From assembly GCA_963754875.1 (NCBI GenBank), contig CAVWHO010000008.1:160001-224000 (forward strand): DNA of 64,000 nucleotides. The letters run 5' to 3'. The notes beneath the pieces are model-generated. The model made no database searches, was not told the DNA's origin, and saw nothing but the letters and a program-made list of their open reading frames with translations. Positions 1-11,300 of the stretch are shown here, piece by piece. A program made the translations under genes and the position numbers. The stretch is from Nitrospirota bacterium (GTDB lineage: Bacteria > Nitrospirota > UBA9217). How positions within the stretch are numbered: position 1 is the first letter of the stretch; each line of letters starts with the position of its first letter.

Positions 1-263
1 ACGTTCGTCACGGAAGTGATCGTTGTGGTGATGTCCACCGCACCTTGGAGAAGGCTGTGCGTGCCGAAAAGATTGGCTGCCGGTCCTGCCGGACCCGCTG
101 GGCCCGTTGAGCCGGTTGGGCCGGTTAAGCCGGGCAAGCCGTTTGTGCCTGCAGCGCCGTTTGAGCCGTCGCTGCCCTTACATCCGCCTAGGACGGCTAC
201 AGTAAGGAGCACCAACATCAATACCAACAACTTTGCAACTTTGCTCTTTGTGAAACTTTGCAT
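1..263 (-). CDS. 5' part of a lipoprotein with collagen-like Gly-X-Y repeats (runs off the window; possibly an outer-surface multiheme cytochrome)
   Basis: Manual translation from ATG at 263: MQSFTKSKVAKLLVLMLVLLTVAVLGG-C-KGSDGSNGAAGTNGLPGLTGPTGSTGPAGPAGPAA..., i.e. a lipobox followed by G-X-Y repeats. Not in the ORF track because it is truncated by the window. Confidence 0.8.
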   Translation of the reverse strand, partial: MQSFTKSKVAKLLVLMLVLLTVAVLGGCKGSDGSNGAAGTNGLPGLTGPTGSTGPAGPAGPAANLFGTHSLLQGAVDITTTITSVTN

Positions 264-504
264 ACTTTTTTTCTCCTTTTCTTTAAGTTTTTTGAACCAC
301 GATCCTGCAAACTACATTTGAATCTGTTGCTGAAAAATCTGGGTATGAATTGAATAATGCCTAGCCACGGTTCCGACTCGACCTTGTATCGGCATTCAGT
401 GATTTACCGCTGACTTACTGCTCCGCGTGTATAACTCACAGAAGCCAACTTCGCCTGGTTTAATGACAAAATTATGTATAACTATTTAGTTGCGGTCATG
501 TAGA

Positions 505-520
505 TGCAACTCGAATGCCA
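505..520 (-). promoter_or_regulatory. sigma54 (-24/-12) promoter for the lipoprotein gene
   Basis: Minus strand reads TGGCA-TTCGAG-TTGCA, matching TGGCAC-N5-TTGC spacing. Confidence 0.7.
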
Positions 521-1139
521 AGCAATAAATAACTTAAAATCAAATATTTAGCAGTATGTTTATATATGTGCAAATAGAATTTAGTACTTTTTCGCTCAGA
601 CTTATTGTAGGTTTTCGCTCAAGCCGCAAGTGTTGTCGCAATATATTGCAAAATATAGGTTTTTTTGCAATTTATAGTATGCATCCAACATGAATTGTGA
701 ATCGATTGAAACTTCTCAGCAAGGTGAAAACCGTGACCACAGCTCTGCCGGAGACACGGCCTTCCCTCCGGCCTTTTTTATATCATTGGGAAAAACAACA
801 CCTCAAAAAGTACCCTCTCCGATTGCTCTAAGCTAACTGTCCAAATGCAGAAGGCAGTTCAACTACACGCTCAAACCAATATGCAGCAGGCGAAAAATGG
901 TACTACATCATTATGATCCCGCGTCGTCCGTCTTCTTCATATTTCCCATGCTTAGTATTTCTCCTTGATCCTTCTTTCAAAATGCGTTATTCTCACTACC
1001 AGAAAAATCACTACATCGGGAGAACAGTTGATAAATTTCCCCGTTTCGCCGAAAAATCTCTCGTAAAATTTAAACGCCGGGGGCAGTAGACAACTTAATC
1101 TTTACGTCTGACTGTTCGCATTAGCATCTGAAGGCGCAC

Positions 1140-1495
1140 AGGTCATAGAGACCGAAACGGACGCAGGAAACACGGAAGTGACCCGGTAAACGCCGAAGCC
1201 GCCCGGCGTGATAATAGAAGAGGTCAATATCACTCCCGCTATTTTCATCAGTGCAAAAGCAGCAAAGCACTTGGCAGCCTTAAGTTGGATGTGGAGGAAC
1301 GAGCGCGCCCGCACTTGCGGAAACATCATGCGATCAAGAGCAGGCAATGTGATTCATACGATTTACTAACAGGTCTTTGTACGAGAAGTGCGGGCTCCAT
1401 AAAGTTCCTACGACAGCCGGCTTGACAGAGGCGCGTGCTTTACGGTGAAGAACGCCGGTAAGCCATGTGAAAGCGCACGCACGGTTTGATTGTTG
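1140..1495 (+). mobile_element. Decayed 3' end of a group II intron (maturase domain X remnant plus domain V)
   Basis: Broken frames read TPKPPGVIIEEVN / YFH..SKALGSLKLDVEERARPHLRKHHAIK / FTNRSLYEKCGLHKVPTTAGLTEARALR*, resembling intron RT C-termini. They are followed by AAGCCATGTG-AAAG-CGCACGCACGGTTTGAT (domain V-like with a small deletion). Confidence 0.75.
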
Positions 1496-1581
1496 GGAGT
1501 CTTTGCGGAGAGAGTTGGTCGTATTGATCAGCCCCCCTCTCATGTAAAATTCTCTCGTGCACGGTTAAAAGGAGAAGACAA

Positions 1582-4575
1582 ATGCGGGGAAATGGCCGAA
1601 CCCTGTTCTTTTTTATTTTTACTGCTTCCGGATTTGCCGGGCTCATCTACGAATCCATCTGGTCGCACTACTTGAAGCTTTTTCTCGGCCATGCTGCCTA
1701 TGCTCAGACCCTGGTGCTCACCGTATTCATGGGCGGCATGGCGCTCGGCTCCTTGCTCTGCGCGCACTACTCGAAACGATGGGGCAACCTGCTCCTCGGT
1801 TATGCACTGGTAGAAGCGATCATCGGCATCTGCGCAGTGCTCTTTCATCCGCTCTATGTTCAATTTATCGAACTGGCGTATACGAAATTGATCCCCGGTC
1901 TTGGATCGCCTGCCGCGGTAACGATCTTCAAGTGGACAACGGCAAGCCTGTTCATCCTTCCTCAGTCAATCCTTCTCGGCATGACCTTTCCCCTCATGAC
2001 TGCAGGCGTCATTAGACGGTTTCCACAGAACGTCGGTGCAACTGTTGCCATGCTTTACTTCACGAACAGCATCGGGGGCGCCGTAGGCGTCCTTGCCGGC
2101 GGATTTCTTTTCATCGCCTGGTGGGGACTCCCGGGCACGCTGGGCATAGCAGGTGTCATCAACATTGTCGTGGCAGCGATCGTCTGGCGGAACGTTCGTG
2201 GGGACAAGCCCCTTGCCCAGCAAACAGCGAAGACGGTTGAGAGCGGCACCGATGTTGGCACGGCCTATACCTATCGGGCGCTGCTCGGAGTGGCGCTTCT
2301 GACCGGCCTATCGTCATTCATCTATGAGATCGGCTGGATACGCATGCTAAACCTGGTCCTGAGCAGTTCCACCCATGCTTTCGAACTCATGCTGTGCGCC
2401 TTTATTACGGGACTCGCATTGGGAGGTTTGTGGATACGGCGCCGCATCGATGGCTTACAGCAGCCTGTCCGGCTCCTTGCCTTTGTGCAGATGGCCATGG
2501 GGGTGCTGGCATTGGCAACCCTGCCCCTCTATGGGCATACCTTTGAGTTCATGGCGTGGCTTATCGGCAACTTGGAAAAATCCGCCCTGGGGTATGCCGC
2601 TTTCAACATAGCAAGCAACAGCATAGCACTGGTCATCATGTTGCCCGCCACCTTCTGCGCAGGAATGACCCTGCCGCTTATCACCGCTATCCTGCTTCGC
2701 GGCGGACAGGGCGAAAAAAGCATCGGTGCGGTTTACGCATTCAATACCATCGGGTGCATCATCGGCATTTTTATTGCCGTGCACGTTGCGATGCCTATGC
2801 TCGGGCTTAAAGGGATGCTCGGCCTTGGCGCCGGCATAGACATCGCGCTGGGTCTGGCGCTCGCCTGGTGGGTCTTCCCCTCGGCCCGCATTCCGGCAAT
2901 AGCAACGGCAGTGGGCGCCGCAGTGCTCCTGATCGCCATGACCGGTGTTACCTTCGAACAGAACAAGATGGCCTCGGGAGTCTATCGCTCAGGTGTTTTG
3001 CTCGATCCCGGGAAAGATGTCGTTGTTTACCATCACGATGGCAAGACTGCCACAGTCTCCGTAACGAAAACCGGCCCCTTCCTTACCATCAAGACGAACG
3101 GCAAATCCGATGCGAGCATCAGTTTGTCCGCTGAAAGTAACTTATACGACGATGAGTCTACCCAAATCATGCTTGGCGCCATGCCGCTTGTATTGCATCC
3201 GCATGCCAAGACGGCCGCGGTCATCGGCTGGGGATCCGGTATGACGACCTCAGCCCTCTTAAGTACACCGCAGCTCGCTCGTGTGGATTCCGTGGAGATC
3301 GAGCCGACCATGATTAAAGCCGCCATGCTCTTTCGTCCCCGCGTGGACCGTGCTTACATGGACACCCGAAGTCATATTCACATCGAAGATGCCAAGACCT
3401 TTTTTTCTCTTTACCACCAGAAATATGACATCATTGTTTCGGAGCCTTCCAACCCATGGGTCAGCGGCGTGGCAGGCCTTTTTTCAAAGGAGTTCTACAA
3501 AAGGATAAAGGACCATTTGCACGAAGACGGGCTGCTGGTCCAGTGGCTGCAGCTGTATGAGATCGACATGCCCCTTGTGGCCTCGGTATTCGATGCGCTT
3601 TCCTCCCAGTTCTCCGACTACGCCGTCTACGTCACGGACGATGCCGATATCATCATTCTTGCGCGTCCTTCGGGCGCGATTCCCGGGCCCGATCCGGCGG
3701 CAGTGAGCGCGAAGGGGCTTTCGAACGAATTGAAACGGGTCGGGATCAATGGTCTTCAGGACATTCTCGTCCGCAGAATCGGAAATAAACGCGCCCTGCA
3801 GCCTCTGTTCGACAGCTACAATGTACCGGCCAATTCCGATTACTACCCCCTGCTGGATCTTTATGCTGCCCGCGCGCTGTTTATGAAGACTACAGTAAAT
3901 GACCTTACGAATAATCCGGGTTTACAACTTCTGCCTGCCGTGGAGATGCTCGGACAGGAGCCGGAAAACCTGAAAAACGCAGAAATAAGCGATGCGGCTT
4001 TTAAGCGGTCGGCCAAAATCCATCTCGCGAACATGTTGTACGGATATATACTATATGGCCGCCCCTGGAAATTGGATCTTCCAGATGGGCGTTCGGCCGA
4101 GGATCTGCAACAATACGCGGATAACGTCAGGCAGGAGCTATCGGGTTGTTCCGGGAAAATGTCCTCTGACGACTGGTGGGATGGGACGTTCTACATTATG
4201 GCTCAGTGCATCTTGCCCTATTCATCGCCCGATCAATTGGCGCGCTTCTGGCAGAGGGCTGAATCTTCTTCCTGTTGGTCGCAGATATCTCCGTCTCAGC
4301 AGGACTTTGTAAAGCTGCTCAAGGCCGTGGACGGCCGAAATGCACCGATGATGGCTCAAACCGCTCGCATCCTCCTGGAAGAAATGCCCAGGGTTCATCC
4401 GGTACTCGAAGGATACATTCTGGCTGCCGGCATGCTGGGCGAACTTTCCCGTGGGAAAAAACAGGCAGCGCATGCATTATGGGAACAATACAGAAACCGC
4501 TTGAACGCAGAAAACTCGCAGACATTGCTGATGCGCCTGCTCGTCGCTCATGCCGAAAAAAATGCCCAAAAATGA
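1582..4575 (+). CDS. Multi-pass membrane domain fused to spermidine-synthase-like SAM-dependent transferase
   Basis: 997 aa ORF with many TM segments (SGFAGLIYE, GMTFPL repeated), then VIGWGSGMT, VEIEP, EDAK and YDIIVSEPSNPW motifs. Confidence 0.85.
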   Translation: MRGNGRTLFFFIFTASGFAGLIYESIWSHYLKLFLGHAAYAQTLVLTVFMGGMALGSLLCAHYSKRWGNLLLGYALVEAIIGICAVLFHPLYVQFIELAYTKLIPGLGSPAAVTIFKWTTASLFILPQSILLGMTFPLMTAGVIRRFPQNVGATVAMLYFTNSIGGAVGVLAGGFLFIAWWGLPGTLGIAGVINIVVAAIVWRNVRGDKPLAQQTAKTVESGTDVGTAYTYRALLGVALLTGLSSFIYEIGWIRMLNLVLSSSTHAFELMLCAFITGLALGGLWIRRRIDGLQQPVRLLAFVQMAMGVLALATLPLYGHTFEFMAWLIGNLEKSALGYAAFNIASNSIALVIMLPATFCAGMTLPLITAILLRGGQGEKSIGAVYAFNTIGCIIGIFIAVHVAMPMLGLKGMLGLGAGIDIALGLALAWWVFPSARIPAIATAVGAAVLLIAMTGVTFEQNKMASGVYRSGVLLDPGKDVVVYHHDGKTATVSVTKTGPFLTIKTNGKSDASISLSAESNLYDDESTQIMLGAMPLVLHPHAKTAAVIGWGSGMTTSALLSTPQLARVDSVEIEPTMIKAAMLFRPRVDRAYMDTRSHIHIEDAKTFFSLYHQKYDIIVSEPSNPWVSGVAGLFSKEFYKRIKDHLHEDGLLVQWLQLYEIDMPLVASVFDALSSQFSDYAVYVTDDADIIILARPSGAIPGPDPAAVSAKGLSNELKRVGINGLQDILVRRIGNKRALQPLFDSYNVPANSDYYPLLDLYAARALFMKTTVNDLTNNPGLQLLPAVEMLGQEPENLKNAEISDAAFKRSAKIHLANMLYGYILYGRPWKLDLPDGRSAEDLQQYADNVRQELSGCSGKMSSDDWWDGTFYIMAQCILPYSSPDQLARFWQRAESSSCWSQISPSQQDFVKLLKAVDGRNAPMMAQTARILLEEMPRVHPVLEGYILAAGMLGELSRGKKQAAHALWEQYRNRLNAENSQTLLMRLLVAHAEKNAQK

Positions 4576-4706
4576 AAAAAATACTGCGGCCACGCTTCTT
4601 CTATCTACGACACCTGCGGCGCGTATTGTACGTTTCAAGAGTTTTCGTATTTAGGTGTTCTGGCGAGGAAATGGAAACATGACTTGCTCCTCGAATCCGT
4701 TGGAGA

Positions 4707-6236
4707 CTACTTTACCAGGCCGAAGAATTCCTTGATTTTAGAGAGCATCTTTCTCGAAACGTCTTTCTTTCGCCGTTCAAGCGCCGATGCGTCGAGCCGT
4801 TCGTGCTCGGCATCGAGACTGGCCTGGCGCTCCGAGAGAATGCGACTGAGAGATTCAGCAATGGAAGGATTATTGGCGAGCGTGGAACCGAAACTGTCTT
4901 TGTCAATGACTATGAATTCGGCATCTTCTTTCACGTGAATGCTGGCAGTACGAACAGCGCCGGTAAGCAGACTCATTTCTCCGAAGAAGTTGCTTGGGCC
5001 CAAGGCGGCCACGACTGCGGTCTCTCCGGATGATTTCTCAACAACTACATTCACACTCCCGCTCTTGATGATATAGAACGAGTCTCCGGGATCCCCCTGC
5101 CGAACCGGGACCTCCCCTGTTGAGTAGGTCTCCACTCTTACATCTTTTACCAGTTTAGCGAGTTCCGCTTTGGAAAGAGGCGAGAATATCTCCACACCTT
5201 CCATCAGCACCATGACTTCGCCGTCTCGCCGATCCTGATTGGCCCGAATACTCTCAGGAGTTACGTGACTGACGTTGACGTTTCTGATCGGCATGGGGAT
5301 GTCAATCCCATTCCGCTTGAAGCGGTACCAGATCAGGTGCATGATGTCTGCGGCGATGTCGATATGACGCGAAAAATCGTCGATACAATATCTCATTTCA
5401 TAGTGGATCGAAAAGTCTCCGTACTGTATCAGACGAACAATCGGCTCAGGCAACTTGCTTACGCCTTCTACGGATGAGAGCACGTCCAGGATTACCTTTC
5501 TCACTTTGTTGGGCGGAACCAAATAACTCACGCCGACCGATAGTTTTCTCACGTGAAGCGTGTTTTGAAGGCTGTAATTCACGACCGCTTCACTCAAGAC
5601 CTTGCTGTTCGGGATGAACACTTCATTGTGGTCCATCGTCATGATCCGTGTCGAACGCAGTGTAATGTCCATGACTCGGCCCTCATGCCCGCCGGCGGAT
5701 ATCCAGTCGCCTTGTCTCAGAGGTTTTTCGAGATGGATAGTGAGGCCCGCCAGCATATTCGCCAGTGTGCTCTGAAACGCTAAACCTATTGTCGCTGTCA
5801 AGACGGTCGTGGTCGCGATAAGCGACGTAACATTAATGTCCAGAATTTCCTTGAGCAGGACCAAAGCAACAACGATGATCACCATGGTCGTGATGATGTT
5901 CTTGAACGCAGCCGGAAAGCTGCCTTGCTTCCATCGGACAACAAAGAGGTCACCGTACACGTAGAGGCCAAGCCGGAGAACTGCGAAGGTAAACACGAGC
6001 CAGGAGAAAAAATTCATCTGGCGGGAAAGTCCTGGATGGGTCTCAGCGGCCCCGAGGTGCAGGAATATCTGGAAGGACAGGAACAGCGCTATGAGCTTGA
6101 GACCCGTACCAATGGGCTTTAACAGGGCCGACTTCTTCGAAAGAAACCCTAGGGAGATGTGGCTACCGACATAAATGAGCACGCTGAGGACCAAGGCCCA
6201 TGAGAGGGACGCGGTGAGATCACTTATGATTTTCAT
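4707..6236 (-). CDS. MscS mechanosensitive channel with C-terminal cyclic-nucleotide-binding domain
   Basis: IGLAFQSTLANMLAG...GDWI...EGRV.DITLRST MscS core; QGDPGDSFYIIKSG and FGEMSLLTGAVRTAS cNMP motifs. Confidence 0.9.
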   Translation of the reverse strand: MKIISDLTASLSWALVLSVLIYVGSHISLGFLSKKSALLKPIGTGLKLIALFLSFQIFLHLGAAETHPGLSRQMNFFSWLVFTFAVLRLGLYVYGDLFVVRWKQGSFPAAFKNIITTMVIIVVALVLLKEILDINVTSLIATTTVLTATIGLAFQSTLANMLAGLTIHLEKPLRQGDWISAGGHEGRVMDITLRSTRIMTMDHNEVFIPNSKVLSEAVVNYSLQNTLHVRKLSVGVSYLVPPNKVRKVILDVLSSVEGVSKLPEPIVRLIQYGDFSIHYEMRYCIDDFSRHIDIAADIMHLIWYRFKRNGIDIPMPIRNVNVSHVTPESIRANQDRRDGEVMVLMEGVEIFSPLSKAELAKLVKDVRVETYSTGEVPVRQGDPGDSFYIIKSGSVNVVVEKSSGETAVVAALGPSNFFGEMSLLTGAVRTASIHVKEDAEFIVIDKDSFGSTLANNPSIAESLSRILSERQASLDAEHERLDASALERRKKDVSRKMLSKIKEFFGLVK

Positions 6237-6378
6237 AGGAGCTCCCTTGCACGGAGTCGTAACAGAGAACAAGATGCAGTCGAAAGAACTCAGGTTGAAC
6301 GCGAATTGACGGAGGGCACGAAGAAAGCTTGACAATTCTTTGAGGTCTTTTTGCCCGTGTCCTTTTCGCTTCTCCGGT

Positions 6379-6963
6379 TCATTTCTTCATCAGCATTGTA
6401 TTGATCTCTCCCCACAGTTCCTTCATGCCGAGTCCGCTTTTCGCAGACGTAAGGATCAACGGTCCTGTGAGGTCCAGTTCGGCGCTGACGGCCCGCCTCG
6501 CCCGCTCCGTCTCCTGCCGGTTCAGCTTGTCCGACTTGGTCAAAGCGTATATTGCCGGCAGGTCAAACTGCCGCAGCCATTCGATAAGCCGCGCGTCGCG
6601 CTCGTCCGGCGTTCGCCTGCTGTCGAGAAGCACCACGACCGCGGCGAGGCGGGGGGAGTTTTTCAAATAGCCTTCGATCATGGGCGCCCAGGCGTCGGTC
6701 ACGGCCTGCGGGACGCGCGCATATCCGTAGCCGGGAAGGTCAACGAAGTAGAATGAATCGTTAATGATGAAAAAGTTTATGAGCTGGGTCTTCCCAGGTG
6801 TCGCGCTGGTCTTCACGAGGTTTTTGCGGTGAAGCAGTGCATTGAGGACCGAGGATTTTCCCACATTCGAGCGGCCGGCGATAGCTATCTGCGGTTTCCC
6901 ATCTCTCGGGAACTGCTTCGGCCCCGGCGCACTGACGACGAATTCGGCAGAAAGGATTTTCAT
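6379..6963 (-). CDS. engB: Ribosome biogenesis GTPase YihA/EngB
   Basis: GRSNVGKSS, PGKTQ, DLPGYG and TKSDK motifs; lies downstream of clpX. Confidence 0.95.
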   Translation of the reverse strand: MKILSAEFVVSAPGPKQFPRDGKPQIAIAGRSNVGKSSVLNALLHRKNLVKTSATPGKTQLINFFIINDSFYFVDLPGYGYARVPQAVTDAWAPMIEGYLKNSPRLAAVVVLLDSRRTPDERDARLIEWLRQFDLPAIYALTKSDKLNRQETERARRAVSAELDLTGPLILTSAKSGLGMKELWGEINTMLMKK

Positions 6964-7075
6964 GGATTCGGAAGACAAAAGCCAGTTTCCGGACTCCGGG
7001 CTAAAAAAAAGATGCAAGATTACGATTTCGAATCCTGCATCTTTAATTTTATCGTCGGATTCCGTTCTCGGACAG

Positions 7076-8320
7076 CTACGCTATTTTTTCGTAGACGAGC
7101 AGGGGGTCGGCCCCTTCGATGATCACTTCTTCGTTGATTACGCACTCCCTGATGCCCGGCTGCGACGGTACGTCGTACATCACGTTCAGCATCACGTCCT
7201 CGAGTATCGCCCGGAGACCGCGTGCGCCCGTCTTTCTGGTGATTGCCTTCTTGGCAATCGCGTTCATGGCGCCTTCAGTAAAGCGCAGCTTGCACCCTTC
7301 CAGGGCGAGCAGCTTTATGTATTGTTTGGTCAACGCGTTCTTGGGCCGCGTAAGGATATCGATGAGAGCATGCTCATCGAGCTCTTCGAGCGTGGCCACC
7401 ACCGGCATCCGCCCGATGAATTCAGGGATGAGGCCGTACTTCAACAGGTCTTCGGGCTGGAGCGCTGCTAGCGTTACACTCAGCTTCCGGTCCTGTTTGC
7501 TCTGGATATCGGCGCCGAAGCCCATGGTCTTTTTGCCGACTCGCTGTTCGATGATCGATTCGATCCCCACGAAGGCCCCCCCGCAAATGAACAGGATGTT
7601 CTTGGTGTCCACCTGGATGAACTCCTGGTGGGGATGCTTGCGGCCGCCCTGGGGCGGGACGCTTGCCACCGTTCCTTCTATCAGTTTGAGGAGCGCCTGC
7701 TGGACGCCCTCCCCTGATACGTCTCGGGTAATCGAGGGACTTTCGGACTTGCGACTGATCTTATCGATCTCATCGATGTACACGATTCCGCGCTGGGCCC
7801 GTTCAACATCGTAGTTCGCGCTCTGGAGAAGTTTGAGGATGATGTTCTCCACGTCTTCTCCCACATAGCCGGCCTCGGTAAGCGTCGTGGCATCGGCGAT
7901 CGTGAAGGGTACATCAAGAATGCGCGCCAGGGTCTGGGCAAGCAGCGTCTTGCCGACGCCCGTCGGTCCAATCAGCAGGATATTGCTTTTCTGCAGCTCC
8001 ACCTCGTCGCCGATTTCCTGCTGGATGCCGATCCTTTTATAATGATTATGTACGGCCACGGACAGGATCTTCTTGGCCCGTTCTTGGCCGATTACGTACT
8101 CGTCGAGGGAGCGTTTGATTTCGGAAGGCTTCGGCAGGCGCGGTATCTTGGCCTCTTTTGCCTCCTCCCACTCCTCTGCGATGATCTCGTTGCACAGGTC
8201 TACGCACTCATTGCAGATGAACACCGAAGGCCCCGCAATGAGCTTTTTCACTTCTTCCTGCCCCTTGCCGCAAAACGAACATTTGAGGGGCGCCGTGTGT
8301 TGTTCTTTTTTCTCAGTCAT
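7076..8320 (-). CDS. clpX: ATP-dependent Clp protease ATP-binding subunit
   Basis: CSFCGK zinc finger, [23 protein letters not shown]. Confidence 0.98.
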   Translation of the reverse strand: MTEKKEQHTAPLKCSFCGKGQEEVKKLIAGPSVFICNECVDLCNEIIAEEWEEAKEAKIPRLPKPSEIKRSLDEYVIGQERAKKILSVAVHNHYKRIGIQQEIGDEVELQKSNILLIGPTGVGKTLLAQTLARILDVPFTIADATTLTEAGYVGEDVENIILKLLQSANYDVERAQRGIVYIDEIDKISRKSESPSITRDVSGEGVQQALLKLIEGTVASVPPQGGRKHPHQEFIQVDTKNILFICGGAFVGIESIIEQRVGKKTMGFGADIQSKQDRKLSVTLAALQPEDLLKYGLIPEFIGRMPVVATLEELDEHALIDILTRPKNALTKQYIKLLALEGCKLRFTEGAMNAIAKKAITRKTGARGLRAILEDVMLNVMYDVPSQPGIRECVINEEVIIEGADPLLVYEKIA

Positions 8321-8324
8321 ACGT

Positions 8325-8930
8325 TTACTTCTCCTTCGCAGCGCGGGACACTTTTTTGGCAATGACCTCGTCTACAATTCCGTACGTTTTTGCGTCCTCG
8401 CCTGACATAAAGAAATCACGATCCGTGTCGGTCCGGATCTTGTCGAGCGGCTGGCCGGTATGGTTCGCCAGGATGGTGTTCAGGGTGTCCTTCATGTTCA
8501 GGATCTCCCGGGCATGGATCTCGATGTCCGTGGCCTGGCCCTGGAAACCGCCCATGGGCTGATGGATCATGATGCGGGCATGGGGCAGGGAAAACCGCTT
8601 GCCCTTCGTGCCCGCAGCCAAAAGGAGGGCGCCCATGCTCGCCGCCTGCCCGATGCAAATGGTCGAGACCGAGGACTTGATGTAGTTCATGGTGTCGTAG
8701 ATCGCAAGGCCTGCCGTAACAACGCCGCCCGGCGAATTGATATAAAGGTAAATGTCCTTATCAGGATCATCGGCCTCCAGGAAGAGGAGCTGCGCGATCA
8801 CAGTGTTTGCAACGATGTCATCGATTGCCGTCCCGAGGAAGATGATCCTGTCCTTCAGGAGGCGGGAATATATATCGTACGCCCGCTCACCGCGGCTTGT
8901 TTGTTCTACAACAATGGGAATTAATGACAT
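8325..8930 (-). CDS. clpP: Clp protease proteolytic subunit
   Basis: [31 protein letters not shown]. Confidence 0.98.
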   Translation of the reverse strand: MSLIPIVVEQTSRGERAYDIYSRLLKDRIIFLGTAIDDIVANTVIAQLLFLEADDPDKDIYLYINSPGGVVTAGLAIYDTMNYIKSSVSTICIGQAASMGALLLAAGTKGKRFSLPHARIMIHQPMGGFQGQATDIEIHAREILNMKDTLNTILANHTGQPLDKIRTDTDRDFFMSGEDAKTYGIVDEVIAKKVSRAAKEK

Positions 8931-8957
8931 GATTTCTCCTCGTCTTTGTTCTTCGAT

Positions 8958-10242
8958 TCAATTATAACTCTTCTTTGCCCGGGAAAGCAAGAGACTGAGA
9001 GTCTTTTCCCGCATCAGCGAGGACCGTAAGGTTATCGAGTCCGCCGTCGAGCGATTCGTAGTATTTCTTTGACCGCTTCAGCCGTCTGTCCGGAGCTGCG
9101 GGCCATGACCGCGATCGCTGACGTGACTTCCTGGTCGGTCACGTCGATATTTTCTTTCTCTGCTATCACATCGAGCAGCAGAATGCCCTTCACGCGCTTT
9201 TCCGCCAACGGTTTGTTCTCATCGCTGAATTTTGCGAAGTCAAAGGTCTTCACGTCAACACCCTGGCGCGCCAGGCGCGTCGCATGCGACCGCGCCATGG
9301 ACTGGAGTTCCCGATCCACCATGCCCGGCGGAATGTCGAAAGTATGGGCATCTACGACTTTCGAAAGCAGTTCTTCGCGCTGTTCAGAAGCCTGGTCGTT
9401 TTTCTTCCGGTATTCGATGTCTTTTTTGATCCCCTCTTTGAGCTCATCTACCGACGCGTTGTTGCCGATGTCCTTCGCGAACTCGTCGTTCAGCTCGGGC
9501 AGCACCTTCTTTTTGATCTCCTTCAGCGTGACGGTAAAGGTTGCGTCCTTTGCCGGCCAAGTCCTTGTTGGTGTAATCAGCCGGAAACGTGACCTTGATC
9601 TCCCGTGTGTCGCCGCGGTTCATGCCCACAATCTGGTCCTCGAACCCGGGGATCAGGGAATTCGAACCGAGGGACAGCATATAATCCGCGGCCTTGGCGC
9701 CCTCTATGGTCTTGCCCTCGCGGAACCCCTCGAAATCGATGATTGCAGTGTCGTTTTTCTCGAGCGGACGGCCTTCTACAACCTCGAGCTGGGCATACAT
9801 CTCGCGTAAGCGGTCGACGGTCTGGTTGACCTCTTCGTCGGTTACCGAGACGGCCGTTTCCTTCACTTCGATGCCGTCATAGGTGCCGAGTTCAATGTTC
9901 GGCCGGACTTCGACGGTGGCCGTGAAGGTAAGCGGTGAACCTTTGGCAAAGCGTCGATACCTTGTCGATCTCGGGCATATCAACAGGATTCAAATGATGC
10001 TCCTGGATCGCCTTCAGATAGGATTCGGTGACGAGCCGGTGCACAACCTCGTTCCTCACTTCGTCGCCGTAGTGCCTCTCGACAATGTTCTTCGGCGCCT
10101 TACCGGGACGGAATCCCGGGATTTTTGCTTTCTTTCCAACGTCCACAAGTGCCTTGTCGAACTCTTTGGCCACTTCATCGGGCGCGAGTTCGATAGTTAG
10201 TTTTTTCTTTACCGTAGTAATATCTTCTATAAGAGATTTCAT
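8958..10242 (-). CDS. tig: Trigger factor (split by apparent indels)
   Basis: IPGFRPGKAP, FKBP domain IPGFEDQIVG and LPELNDEFAK spread across ORFs 9892-10242, 9444-9983 and 9032-9505. Confidence 0.92.
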
Positions 10243-10352
10243 TTTTTACCGCCTTTTTAAAAGGGTCTGTATCTATATAGTTTCCCGCGAACAATGATCC
10301 GGCAAGTTTTGTTTTGCACTCCAAGCCCCACACAGAATGAGATAATTAATAT

Positions 10353-10435
10353 TGGTGCGAGAGGGGGGACTTGAACCCCCACGGTCACCCACTGGCTTCT
10401 AAGACCAGCGCGTCTGCCAGTTCCGCCACTCTCGC
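10353..10435 (-). tRNA. tRNA-Leu(TAG)
   Basis: GCGAGAGTGGCGGAA...CTGGT-CTTAGAA-GCCAG...GTTCAAGTCC...CCA. Confidence 0.95.
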
Positions 10436-10524
10436 AGTCATGATAAAAAGAAAGCAGTGAGCATTGTGCAGCATCCCGCTCAACGGATTCCTGCCCATTA
10501 CCCACTGCTCCCTGATTTTTGTTA

Positions 10525-10600
<76 letters not shown>

Positions 10601-10724
10601 GTAAGTACTGAGAGTTCCACGTGCAAAGCGGCTACATTATACTTATCTTTGTATCTGGATGCAACAAAAAATTAAAAGCGAAGAGAAATATTTGAGGGAC
10701 TTTAGCTCTTCAGTTGTAATGATA

Positions 10725-10801
10725 TGGTGCGCCCGGCGGGAATCGGACCCACGACCTTTGGCTTCGGAGGCCAACGCTCTATCCAGCTGAGCTACGGGCG
10801 C
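10725..10801 (-). tRNA. tRNA-Arg(CCG)
   Basis: GCGCCCGTAGCTCAG...TTGGC-CTCCGAA-GCCAA...CCA; T-loop reads TCCGATT. Confidence 0.93.
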
Positions 10802-10901
10802 ATGCAAAAACAAACTCCGACGGACGATAGATGACTCTCGCTCCGCTCGTCAGGATGACAGACGATAATTCGTCCATCTTCCCTCGTTTCTTTCGTTGCT
10901 T

Positions 10902-10932
10902 CATTTTTGGTGCGCCCGGCAGGAGTCGAACC
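10902..10932 (-). repeat. 31-bp direct repeat of the 3' end of tRNA-Arg(TCG)
   Basis: CATTTTTGGTGCGCCCGGCAGGAGTCGAACC occurs at 10902-10932 and 11084-11114. Confidence 0.9.
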
Positions 10933-11089
10933 ATGCAGCCGTCGCCCGTAAAGGGCTCCCCAGAGAGGGCCTGCCCCCTCTGGTCTCTCCCCCGAATCGC
11001 AGGGGAGTCTCTCCCCTGCACCCCTCAGGCCGCAGGAGAACGACATGAATAGTTGCAGCCGAACGCTATGCTCACTTTCGTTGCATTTT

Positions 11090-11166
<77 letters not shown>

Positions 11167-11223
11167 AGTTACTGTCCTCAGAAAAACTGAGACGGCCGCA
11201 TTGGCCGTCTCTCTATAAGAAAA

Positions 11224-11300
11224 TGGGGTGAGCGACGGGGCTTGAACCCGCGGCCACCAGGGCCACAACCTGGAGCTCTACCAACTGAGCTACGCCCACC
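11224..11300 (-). tRNA. tRNA-His(GTG)
   Basis: GGTGGGCGTAGCTCAG...CCAGG-TTGTGGC-CCTGG...CCCA. Confidence 0.95.

Noticed and set aside
16..321. Plus-strand 101-aa Pro/Gly-rich ORF
   Set aside because: Antisense shadow of the collagen-repeat lipoprotein on the minus strand.
690..960. Possible c-di-GMP riboswitch or Zn-ribbon gene in the long intergenic region
   Set aside because: GEMM consensus elements were not found, and there is no continuous ORF.
10725..10801. T-loop variant (TCCG instead of TTCG) making tRNA-Arg(CCG) a pseudo-tRNA
   Set aside because: A single change with all stems and CCA intact; it could be natural variation or a base-call error.
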